Shown: positions 23,636 to 35,213 of the stretch, piece after piece
Position numbering within the stretch: position 1 is the stretch's first letter
How the letters are laid out: every line of letters starts with the position of its first letter
DNA from: Geosiphon pyriformis uo1
Taxonomy: Eukaryota; Fungi; Glomeromycota
Length of the DNA stretch: 64,000 nt
Assembly: GCA_016748015.1 (NCBI GenBank)
Contig: JAAOMT010000776.1
Coordinates: 431,496 to 495,495 of the forward strand
Reading direction: 5' to 3'
Program-made: the position numbers and the translations under genes
Notes under the pieces: generated by a model
What the model was told of the DNA's origin: nothing
The model's database searches: none
Seen by the model: only the letters and a program-made list of their open reading frames with translations

Positions 23636-24963
23636 ATGGGTAATTATTCATATCTGCCACAGCAATCAGAAGAACACTTTGCAGCACACAACAGAAACAA
23701 TCTAGACTTTATTGAACTCAATCCTTTGCCCTCCTGCTTGATCTGCTTTCCTCTTGAAGAACAATCTAGTATACAATTCTAAATGAGCACTCAGCTGAAA
23801 CCTATACAGCATATACAACTTATTACTTTGACCAAGCTTATTTTGAAGACAACTTTGAAGAAAGAAATAATTGCATCAATCAGCTTTTATACTCCACAAC
23901 TTTCACACAACAGCCCCCTGATTTTGAATATCTGAATCACCAAATACACATTTGGGTTGCTGCTTACCAATCAACTATAACTCTCCTTGAAACAGAAGAA
24001 GAAAGTTACCAAACTGTTCCTATTTTTGATCTCTTTTTAAGTAAATCAGAACATTCCACTCAAACAGTAACCCCTGAACCAATGGCCCAAGACCCCATGC
24101 AAGCAAACATTCTGGCCATCCTCCAAGGCATACAAACTGCTTTGGGGCGAAAAAACAACACCCCACTACCCCTATTCAGAGGTGATGCTTAAGATCCAAT
24201 TGAATGGTTGGATGATGATGAATACAAGTTCCAAATCATTGGTGGCTACCTCCAAGGTGCTCCTGCTACCTGTTTTTCACAAGAAACCAATGCTGGTGCT
24301 CAACAAAGAATTGTTAGATGGACCTTAGCAAATATTGGAGAAAACAACACCTCTTTCACTACCCAGTTTGAAAACAAATTCAGAACCCCCATCTTAATAT
24401 CCAAATGGTGTATGGAATTAGAAAGAAGAACCCAAGGTCCTGGTGAAGTTGTGACTGAATATGCCAAAGCAATCAGAAAATTCATAATGCATTTGGGATC
24501 CACACTTCCAGTTTTTGCTCCTGCTCCTGTTATGGCTCCTACTTCTCAAATGGCTGCTACTTATTTTGCTGCCCAGACACAAGATCCAAATGAACAATTA
24601 ATAGATAGACTTACAGCAAATCTTGCTCAACTATTAGAACCATTAGCCCAAGCAGTCAGAGATAACCAGCAACCACAAAGACCCAGATTTGAAAACCATT
24701 TTAATCAGCCCCAGCAACCCCCTTACCAAAGACAGCAAAATCGTGGCCCTCCTGTGTGTTATAGATGTGGATTAACTGGACATTTCTCCAGAGATTGCAA
24801 CAATCCTTCTTTGTCTCCTCCAGCTCCCAGAAACAATGATAATCAAAACAACAGAACTATTAACAACAATGCCCTCAATCAAAGACCTAATCATGCCAAT
24901 ATCAATTTTTTTGGAGAGGATCCCCTAGTTGAAGCCACTGTTTATCAGCCTTTAAACTGGTAG
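23636..24963 (+). pseudogene. gag: Gypsy-A gag (with internal deletions)
   Basis: PLFRGDAxDPIEWL, QGPGEVVTEYAKAI and CYRCGLTGHFSRDC motifs; start codon uncertain. Confidence 0.85.
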
Positions 24964-24995
24964 GCACACCTCCAAAGGATGAGAGTGCAAGCCAA
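24951..24995 (+). promoter_or_regulatory. Putative -1 ribosomal frameshift signal (T TTA AAC plus downstream stem)
   Basis: Heptamer in correct phase two codons before the gag stop; pol is in the -1 frame; conserved at 35329-35335. Confidence 0.78.
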
Positions 24996-25436
24996 CCAGA
25001 AAAAAACCCCTTTTATGCTTTTAACTTAACTGATGATGACCATGACATGGATGAACTAGCAATCAACACCTCAGAATCAACAAGGAAGAAGAAGAAAGCC
25101 AAGGTTGATTTCGTTTTAGATCCAAATAAATCATCCACATCAAATGCTGATAATAATGAGCCACCAAAGGCTAAAGTCTTTAAGAATCCTCCAAAGTTGG
25201 AACCTTCAGAAATAGTACAAAAATCTGGTCCTTATTCTGTTGTCAAAGATCTCATGGAAACTCCTGCACACATTACCTTTGGCCAACTAATAACCCACCC
25301 ACAATTCAGAAAAGATCTCTGCAAATCTCTAATTCCCAAGAAGAAAACACCAAAAACCAATAAACGCTCTTGCCAAGCTGGACTTGCTGACAACAGCAAT
25401 GTTATCCCATTAATTTGCAAAGCCCAAGTGGCTGGC

Positions 25437-26590
25437 AAAGAGACTCTATTTACATTCATATTCCTGATACCTTATTGCCACAATGGAAGAGGGTATGGGA
25501 GAAGTTGAGACTCAGAAATGAACTAGAGATATAAACAGATAGCTCATTGGTAAAAGCTGGTTCTGTGAAAGCTAGAGGAGCAGCTGCTTTTGTAACACAT
25601 GGAATGGAAGCCAGCTATGGTATAGCAGTAGATGGTACATTGTTATCAACAAAGACTGAGACTAAGACTGTACTACTGGCTTTGAAGGCAGTACCATACA
25701 GATGCAAACTAATATTAAATACAGATAGTCAAGCAGTTATATCAACAGCTTAAAAATGGTTGTCTAAGAATTTCCTCTTGTCCATTAGAAATCAGCTCAA
25801 AACTCTTAACTGGTGTACATAGAATGTAATCAAAGCAGTGATAGGTGAAAAAAAGATTGATTTTATCATAAAAAAAGTGGCTGCACATACTGAAGTGTCT
25901 GAAAATAAGAAGGCTGACAAACTAGCCAAAGAAGCTACAGCTTTTGACACAGTGGGGTGGGCCTACAATGCCAAGTATGTTAGTTATGTTCTCTTTTGCA
26001 GAGGAGTTGAGTTGGATTTAAATATTAGACACTTCCTAAGCCAACAATCTGGGCTTCAAGCTGCTTTGGATTGGATAAGCAATGTCAAAGTTCAGAAGAC
26101 ATTAGAGTCTTTGGACCAAGAGATAGACTAGGAGTGCACAACCAAGGTTTGGAACTGGGATGGTAAAATGTCTTCAGGCTTCACCTCAGCTGGTTCCTTG
26201 GCAATGTGTACATTTATTATGAAATCATTTCACAACATACTGCCAATAGCGGAGGTACTGTACAACAGATGTCCTCTGGTGTATCTAAACAATCTTTGCA
26301 AAATATGTCACATGGAAGTAGAGACCAACCAGCACTTTTGAGAATGCTCCTTAAGTACTTAAAAAAGCAAGACACTAATAGATAAGATAAGAAATGAGTG
26401 GATGCAGTGCTTATCAAAGACTGTAAGAGGGAAACATAAAACCATAGACTTTGGTGTGAAGATTGTCCTTTCTAAAGAGTACATTATGTCAACATCCAAC
26501 ATAGATCTGCTATGCAAAATTTTGATTGATAAACAATTTGGAAGAATCAATGCCTTTGCTGATGTTGATCAAAAAGACTAACAATAATAT
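25437..26590 (+). pseudogene. LINE-X copy L2, ORF2 RNase H and C-terminal zinc finger
   Basis: TDSSL...STKTE...TDSQAVI...KVAAH...ENKKADKLAK RNase H pattern; CKICHMEVETNQHF motif. Confidence 0.85.
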
Positions 26591-27479
26591 TGTTATGGTT
26601 GAAACTTATACTTCTTATTAATTATCACATGTATTAGCCACTGATGTCACATAAATTAGCCATTCTATTTTTAGTAAGTGATCATTGACCTGATCAATGA
26701 CCTGACCATTGACCTGATTATTGACCTGATCATTGACCTGATCATTAACCTGATCATTGACCTGATCATTGACCTAGTTGTTGACCTGATCATTGACCAC
26801 TTTTGACAGCTATATAAGCAATGAATCTCTTAGCTGTATAAAAACATGTAAGAATCAAAAGGAATAAAGAAATAAAATAACAACTTCATCTCAATCTTTC
26901 TCTTATCGCTAATTTCTCTTTCCCTACCTTCAAGTATCTGAACATCTTAAAGATAAAAGACTACTTGTTGGCATTTACCTATTTTTTTCCTGAAAATGTG
27001 TAATTGCAGCATTTGAAGATTATTGAATAAAACATGACTAAAAAGTACATCTGATACCTGATATTGAATTCTAAGAGCACCAACGTGAGGCATAGAATTA
27101 TACCAAGTGTGATCATTTGTTGACAGTATGGACTATTTTTTTATCTTCAGATTCCCCAGTTATCTTTGAAAAGTATAGTGACTGAGATATTTTATGAGAC
27201 TGATCTCGCACATTGAATCCATACTTATTCAATTTGCTCTTTGAAGTTAAATTCCCTTTGATTATTTTCATCACTTTACAATTCTGTTCTCCCTTGCTAT
27301 CCGTTAGCTTGTTACTCCAACCCATAACATAAAAGTGGTGCTCCCTGTGAGGTTATCAAAATCCACTTTGTTTCCTATTGTATGGGTGATTATTCATACC
27401 TGCCACAACAATCAGAAGAACACTTTAAAGCATGATCTAAACTTTATTGAACTTAATCCTTTGCTCTCTTGATTGATTG
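26591..27479 (+). mobile_element. Gypsy-A copy A3: 5' LTR (26591-27329, 10 array units), PBS (27336-27352) and ~130 bp leader
   Basis: ATAT flank, LTR ends, PBS. Confidence 0.9.
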
Positions 27480-27677
27480 ATTTTTTTTTTAATATATAGT
27501 CACACTGGTCTTTTATTAGTTTAGCCACACTCACAGAGCATGACTTTTTCATAAAGCCAACTCACCCAATAATCTAAATTACAAGATGTGGCTAACCACT
27601 AAGTGGTTATGCCTAACTACACACTAGTATAACCAGAAAATCTATGGAATATTACACTAGTCAATATATTATTACAC
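27480..27677 (-). mobile_element. 3' end and poly(A) of a LINE, probably LINE-X copy L3
   Basis: T-run, UTR homologous to the half-LINE UTR but upstream coding end is different (NNILTSVIFHRFSGYTSV*); assignment to L3 rests on orientation and position. Confidence 0.6.
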
Positions 27678-29861
27678 TTTTTTTTTTGTTAACGTGTAGT
27701 CACACCAGTCATTTATTAATTATTCCACAGTAATGTGGCGGTTTCATAAAGCCAGCTCATCCAATAATACATATTACAAGATGTGGCTAACCACAAGAGG
27801 AAAGCCCTAACTACATGCTAGTACTATCTTTGCTACCTAATGTATTAAACATATTTAATTCATACATCTTACCCATAATACATACAAGTTCATAACTACT
27901 CTTAACAAGACTGCTCATCCACTTAGCAGTCTGATCTGGATCAGACTTGATATTAGAGGATTGAACCTCCCATAACTCCATCATCACATCAAATGTATCA
28001 TCATAGACCAAAAAATCTTTAGCATCACCATCATCATCATCATTATCATCATTATCATCCATGTCTTCATTATCAGATATGTTATAGTGTACCTTCTCAC
28101 TCCTCAACTTGAGGGCTCCTACTTCCTTTTGCAGTACAAAAGCCACAGCACAAACAGCTTTAATTTGGTTTCCCAATCCAATTACACTTTCTTTCATTGC
28201 CTTTGCCATAACTGGTGGAGTAGACAATAACATAGTAACCAATGCAACCAAAAAACCCACAGGCTCAACTATAGATTTGATTAACAAAGACAGTTCACTA
28301 AGTTGGGTTTTCAGAGAAGCCAACCTAGCATTAACAGCAACATTTGAACCAGAGGAGACAACCGGCAACAGCAGCACCACAACTTTGGGGGAGGTACTGA
28401 AAGCCAGACCTGTATTAGTAGCAGCAGCAACAGAAGGAACCACAGAAGTGGCAGCTTTGGCATAGGATTTAGCTCCAATGAGGGATGACTTGAAAATGAT
28501 GGGACCACCAGCAGAATTAGAAGAGAGTTTGGAAGGGAGAAGTGGCAACACCTTGCAGTTTACAGCCAAATGATCTAAACTTTGACATCTATAGCAGCGA
28601 CAACATCCAGAAGTTTTCCACCAGATGTGGCAGCCACGTAAAGTACCAGTTTTTGAAACAGCAGCATTCAAAGATTCCAAAGAGCCAAAGGTTATCATTG
28701 CAAAGTGTTGATGTCAATAGGAATCAGGGGAGTGGAGAATGAAACATGTACGGCCACCAACTTGGGAGACCAGATTACTTATCTCAAATGCAGTGCAGCC
28801 AAATGGAAGATTAACTAGCTTAGCTTTGAAAGCGTCTCTTGAGGAGATAACCTCCTTTTGGTTGGCAATGGGAAGAATCCTAACACTATCTTTTCTGACC
28901 AACACAGACCAGTTAGAGAGAGCAGCAGCAGCAGAAGAAATGTCCTTAAAGTTAACCACAGCATATTGCCATAAGCCAGCAGGGTTCAACTTAACAGAAG
29001 TGACAACACCAAAAATGCCAAGAGCAAATTTGATGTAATCAAAAGAGACACCCAAAGGTACATTGCGCAGTGCAACTAATAAAGAAGAGGAAGAAACAGA
29101 GACCACTTCTGAAGACCATGCAATCTTAAGAGTGGTCAAAAAAACCTCATCACTGATGACCACTTTGGTGGCACCATTTAGACACTCCTGAGATGCAAAT
29201 TCCACACAGAACAACTTGACAGCATCTCGTGAAACAGATTTAAGCCCAATAAAGAACTGAGCAAAGCCATCTTAATCTTAAATGTAGCACCAGGTACAAG
29301 ATTGGAGGCCACCCAACCAGAGAACTTTTGACGCCCATTCACATTCTCCCAAGCACCACCATCAGATGCACCAGAAACTGGGGAGGGAACAGTTGATTCC
29401 ATTTCCATCTGATCAGCCCAATCTTTGAGATCATCTGGATTGATGAACTGTTTTGCTACTGGGATTGGCGATAATCTGTTGGAGAGTACCACATCAGGCA
29501 ACACAGTTAATGGGTGATCTTGGCCCAACTTGGGAGATGTGCCGCTGCTGTTGCCATCCATATCAGGAATAGGGCTGGCTACTACTGTGGAGATCTTATT
29601 GAAGATCTCATCTGGAACCACAAAGGGGTTTGGTGTGACCATAGCAGTTGCAACTGCCTGCTACTGTTTTTTGGGATTTTTTGCTTTTGCAGCCATATGT
29701 GAAGCAGTAGTAGAAGTAGTAGTGGGAGTGGTGAGAGCAGAAAAGACCAACTTGTTGACTGGTCTGTTATTAAAAATCTTTGGGCTCTTTGAAGTGATAG
29801 AGACAACACTAGGACTAACCCGAGTGTGCTTTTTTGAAGGAACTTTGACTGGAGAAGAACT
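27678..29861 (-). mobile_element. Half-LINE copy H4, 5'-truncated
   Basis: ORFs 29178-29642, 28714-29214, 27811-28698; 3' UTR; T-run 27678-27687. Confidence 0.9.
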
Positions 29862-32790
29862 TCAATCTAACTAACAAATCTGTGATCTTGTTTTTTGCTT
29901 GTATATTATCAATTTTGAACAGGTTATACAAGGATGAGTGATGTATGGCACTGGCTGGGAAGTCTACTGAGAGTTTTGCTTTTTTTTTCACAGTGGCCAA
30001 AATTTTTGAATTCTATTTTCTAGCCCAGCTATTAGGAATATGAGTCAACTGAGATCTGAATTCAATAGCTGGACTGAGTACACTGTTAAAAATATAAATG
30101 GCCTGTTTCTCAGTTATGTGTTTTTTTCTGATGACTGCACACACTGCTTCAATGTCAGATCCTATTATTTTTAGAACAGTCTTATTTTTCCCATCTGCTC
30201 TGATCCATACTCCCAAATATCAGGTACATGTAGATGGATCCAACAATTTCAAGATTTGTTTATCTGGACCAAATTTTAGTGGCTCCACCATCAAAGATTT
30301 CCCTTTGGAGGGTCTGACCACCATTGTCTCAGTCTTTCCTAAGTTGATCTCAATATCTACCATTCTAAAAAAAGAGCTGGCTGTGTCCAAAATACTTTGC
30401 ATTCCTTGTTTTGAGTTAGCTATCCACACTGTGTCATTGACAAAGGCAAGGTGATTCACTGACACCAACAGAGATTGTGTATCCACTTGATTATCCCACT
30501 TTTTCCATGCTGCTGTCAGTTTGTATCTCTGACTATAATTGGCTTGTTTTACTTCACACAGTAAGGGGTCATAGAAAATTCTCCACATGATGGGTGAGCT
30601 TGTTTCCCCCTGATCCAGTCCATCCTGTACTTGATATTCATCACTCAACCCAAATTCAGTTATTATTCTGTTGCTTCTATTGTTGTGCATCAAGCCAAAC
30701 AGCTCAGTAAACCTATTGTTCATCTTAATCCTCTTTAGTGCAGCTTCCATGGGTTTCCATCTCACTAAATCATATGCCTTTTTCATGTCCTGAAATGTAA
30801 ACCAAGCCTCCTTATCAAATTCTCTTGCATGTTCAGCTACAGCATTAATCACATGAATAGGCACTGCTATAGAAGTATTCTTTAATACTGAGGTATTGTA
30901 ACCTTTTAAGACATTGTGGAGTTTACATGCTTTTGATATTCTCACAGTTAGAATTTTTGTTAAGATTTTTCTGGTGCTTTTAATGAGTGTGATCGACCTG
31001 GTGATGTCAATATTGCCACCCCATTCTTTTGGCTTTGGAATTAGTATGACTTGTGCTACTTTCCACTCTTCAGGGATATTTGCTGCTTTAATGTAAGCGT
31101 TGAGCAATGTTTTCAGTTTAGACTTGGTATTAGACCCAGTCTTCCTCCAGAGTTCAGCTTGAATGCCTGATGGACCAGGGGCTTTGTTATGGGGTGTGTG
31201 GCTCAATATGTGTTCAAATTCCTCATTTGTTAATTCATCCATTACACCATCAAAGGCATGATCTGGAATGCTTTCAATCGGTTCAAATCTGTGTTTCCAA
31301 CTTTTCCATAGGTCAGGCTCAATGCTTTTTGTTTTGGTCCATCCTTGGGCTTTTTTGTTTACTAGTCTTTTAATTTCATCAGGATTATCATGAAATTCGC
31401 CTTTTTCAATTACATGGTCTAGTACAATTCTTTGTTTTTTTCTGTTCATAATGTTTTTGATCATAGCTCCTTTGTTTAGATCAAAGTTTTGTTGTCTCCT
31501 AATAATATTGTCCACTATCTGTCTCTGCTGTTGTAGCCTGATCCTAGCTTGCAGTGTTGATCTGTATTCTTTCTTAATATTAAGTAGTTCCACAATTAGC
31601 TTATCTCTTGGGAGAGTTATCAGATATGCATTAACTGCCTCAGATTTTAGCTGTTTCCATTTGGCCAACAACTGCATAACATTGTTATCATGCATATCTG
31701 CATTGTTTACTCTTATTTGTTTGATTATATCAGCAACAATCTTAACAAGCTTGTGATCTATGCATTCTTTTTTTGTGTATGCAGATCGGGCTCCCACTTT
31801 CCTTTTCGGTAGGCACTCAGCAGCTTGTAACACAATCTTCTAGATTGTAAGCCACATCTGGTTTAGATCATTCTTGCTGTTATCTATCGATTTTCTTTGT
31901 GCTTCATCTGTTAGTCGATCAGATTCTCTAGCATAGATTTCCCAATTGGACTCCAGATGCCTTTTTAACATCAATCATAGTTGTGCTACACTTTTTTCTT
32001 CCAGATTTAGATTTTTTAGTGCCTGCCAATATTCTGTCAGATCGGATGATTGTCACCACAGCTTTGTGATCAGTGCTAAAGGATTTGTTAACATCAATCA
32101 TCCCAATGTTTGTGACCAGTAAGGCTGTAACTGCATCAGTAAATACATAGTCCAATCTTTTTTGTGCCCCATTTGATGCCCATGTCTTTTCTGGATTGTT
32201 TGTTGCATATGCCCCATGTGTATCCATTAAATTTATATGTTGTAATGTTGCAGCAGTTGGACAAGCTTTGGTCTTATTTGTAGCATATGTTTCCTTAAGT
32301 GACTTGGATGACAGATTTTTATTCAAATCACCTGCTACTATGATAATCTCTTTGTTCTTTACAATGTCTCCCAAAAGTTTCCTAATTTCTTTAGCTACTG
32401 CTCTCTTAGTAGGCGATTTGGAAACAGGCATGTACAGTCCTACTATGTGCACATTGATTCTTCCTCTAAATTTCAACCCCAAATGCAACAATCTCCCATG
32501 AAACCCCCTGATTGTTTCTACATGGTGTATCCAACATTTTTTGACCAGTATACTAACACCAGTTTCTATTTGTTTCTCTGTACTTGATTTCCAAAAGGCA
32601 TGATATTCATCAGAACCAAAAAATACACCTTTTTCTTTTGTTGGAGTTATTTTAGTTTCCGTAACAATCACAAAATCAAATTGTTCCTTAATAACTCACC
32701 ATAGCACCTCTTCAGCTTTACCAGGATTATTAAGTCCCCTAATATTAACAGTACCAATTTTCCAAGTGTTGTTATTGGAGTAGTTCTGTT
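29862..32790 (-). pseudogene. LINE-X ORF2: APE endonuclease and reverse transcriptase
   Basis: GTVNIRGL, TETK, AGDLN, RLDYVF, TDHK; KAPGPSG, QDMKKAYD, GLDQGETSSP, LAFVND. Confidence 0.93.
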
Positions 32791-32810
32791 CTATGTTGGA
32801 ATTAGATGTG

Positions 32811-35168
32811 CTACACATCATCTGTTTTTATAGATTTAGATTCTCCAGCAGTAGAACTGCTCCAGCTACTCTGTTTTTTCACTTGCTTCAGTAATTCCAG
32901 AATGGGTTTCAAAGTTTTTTTAATTTCTTTGATTTCCAATTCTGGGTTGTATACCTCCTTTTTTCCTACTGGGTTGGATTTCAATATAGTACTTTGGCTC
33001 GATAACCCCATTTCTACCACTTCTTTTTCTTCTGAGGTGTCACTCGGCTGTTGAGTAACTATTACTTTTTCACCTTTTTCTAATGTCACTCCAAGTTTGA
33101 CAGCAATTGCATTTGGCAGTTTTGCCATTTCATTAACCTGCTGTTTTAGTTCATTAATTTTACTCTTCCATGGTTGGTTACCTCCTTTTTTTGATTGTTC
33201 TTCCCTATTGTTCACTTGTGGACTAGGTTTCTGAATATTGTTTGGATTGTTGTTGTTCTGGTTATGGGACAGTCTGAATGCAGCCATATCAGCATACAAT
33301 TTTCCACCAAAGGCTTTGATGTTTTCCTCTAGAACATTCCTCTTAACATACAGTTTTGCCAACCTGATATTGTTGGTAACTTTCTTGGTATCTCTTTTTT
33401 TCTTCTTATATAGGGTTGAACATTTCGAGACCAAATGTCCTACCTGGTAACAGAAGTGGCACTCTTTAGCATCAGTAGACATCCAGTGGACCAGTGTGTC
33501 ACCAATTACCAAGAGTTTTTTAATGGCATTGTTGCAGCTAGCTTCACTGTCAAATCTCACATAAGCACAACCCATCTTTGTGTAATTTTTACTAGTTCTT
33601 GGGATGAAACAGGATCAGGCACTGATTTGATCCAAAGTGGTGCTCAAATAGTAAGCAGTACAGTTCTGTAGTAAGCCCACCAATTTAGCTTCCCAAGTTT
33701 TTCTCTGCTCTATGATTTTTTGGGTTCCAATCATCAGGTAAATTCTGACTGCATTCTTTCTGACCATGGTTGACCATTGGTCTACAGCTCTTGTTGCTTC
33801 CTCTTGGTTGCTATACTCAACCACTGCTAATTGCTATTTGCCAGCCACTCTGATTTGGATTTTTTTGACCTCACCAAATTTTTTCATAACAGTCCCCATC
33901 TCTTTGTTAGAGATGCCCAAGAAGATATCTCTTACTAAGACTTTTTTCTGACCAGCCATTTAAATGTTAACGCCATCAGTAGCCATCAAAAATGATTCAA
34001 TATCATTATTTGCCAGAATTTCTCTGGCTTGGTCTCTTCCAGCCACTTGGGAAAAATCCACTCTGATTTCTTGGTTTCTAGCCATTACAGCTCCCAAGAG
34101 GTAACTGACATTTCCCAAGAGATCATAGATCCATCCCACTTTCTTTCCCATGATTTTCTCAGGTATATCCAATATTTGTACAAAAAGTACATGCCTCTTG
34201 GTTCTATGGACCACCGTTCGCCATCCTTCCTCTGGGTTTGCTTCCACAGACATGGGTTTTTTGCCAAGCGATTTACTACTGTATTGTCCTGGACTTGGAC
34301 TAGCCATTCTGCTTGATAGGCTTGATTCAGATTCTTCCATGTCTTCTATGACATCCTCTGCATTAGACTTATCTCTGTTTGCGTCAAATGGATTGTTCAT
34401 TTGTTTTTCATTCTCCAATGCAAACTTTCCTCTGTTAATCCTGTCCAAAATATTAGGATTGCACTTTCTCAGAGCTGCTTCTATTTGTGCAGCTTTGTTT
34501 CTGTCTTCTTTAGGCACTTTGAATGGTCCATCCATTTTTTTCAGGGACTTTGAGACTCCTTTTTCACCAGTCCAAGCTTTTATTTGAAATTTGTTGCTAT
34601 TTTCTTCTTTGTTGAACATTGGCTGCAAAACAAAAGTATCAGTTCGAACAGATGTGGTTTCAGGTAAGTTTTCTTCAGATATTTGGGTGAATTTCTCAGT
34701 TAGCCCTTTTACGCTTAATCCTCCGATGTGTCTGTATTTTTTGTTGGCCTTTTCCTCCAATCTGTTAGCTATTATCAGAGAAAAATCTGCTGCTCTCCTA
34801 TGTGGAGCTGTTTTTTTCAATGTTTTGGCTATTCTAAAGGGTGTATTATCTCCACTACTTGTGTTCACACTTCCAAATAGTCTATTGGTAGTTTCAAATC
34901 TAAATGGAGGTGTAATAGATCTGGCAATTTCCACAGTCAATGAACTATGTGAATTAGCATTAATGTTTTCTCTTTCAGCAGTGGAAGTTATTTTTCCTTC
35001 TACTTAGTATTCACTAATAATAGTCTCTACATTTGTACTTCTTTGTGTGACTGTTGTCACTTCACTGTTAACATTGTTATCAGACACTTTTAAGTCTGTT
35101 GTGATAGTTATAATTTATTATAATTAAAGGTTTCTTTGTAAAAACTTATTTTTCCAAATTTGAGGCAT
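32811..35168 (-). pseudogene. LINE-X ORF1 (~785 codons, RRM-RRM-CCHC-coiled coil)
   Basis: ATG at 35168 is in frame with track ORFs ending 34940, 33824 and 33575; CHFCYQVGHLVSKC. Confidence 0.85.
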
Positions 35169-35213
35169 AGTAAATTGTGTAGTAACAGTCAAAAAGAGAA
35201 AAAAAAGTTTTTT

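Larger units (their letters stand above)
22933..25436 (+). mobile_element. Gypsy-A copy A2, 5' half: 5' LTR (22933-23583, 3 array units), PBS (23590-23606), gag and start of pol
   Basis: ATAT flank 22929-22932; PBS; gag knuckle; ends at QVAG just before the protease motif. Confidence 0.92.
29862..35213 (-). mobile_element. LINE-X copy L3 (5' end through RT)
   Basis: 5' end shared with 19457; ORF1 then APE-RT ORF2. Confidence 0.93.

Noticed and set aside
26679-26798. 12-bp repeat arrays as CRISPR or telomeric repeats
   Set aside because: No spacers, no cas genes, always at the same place inside LTR-A.
34150-35007. Hydrophobic or Ser-rich opposite-strand ORFs throughout the track
   Set aside because: Antisense shadows of retroelement coding frames.
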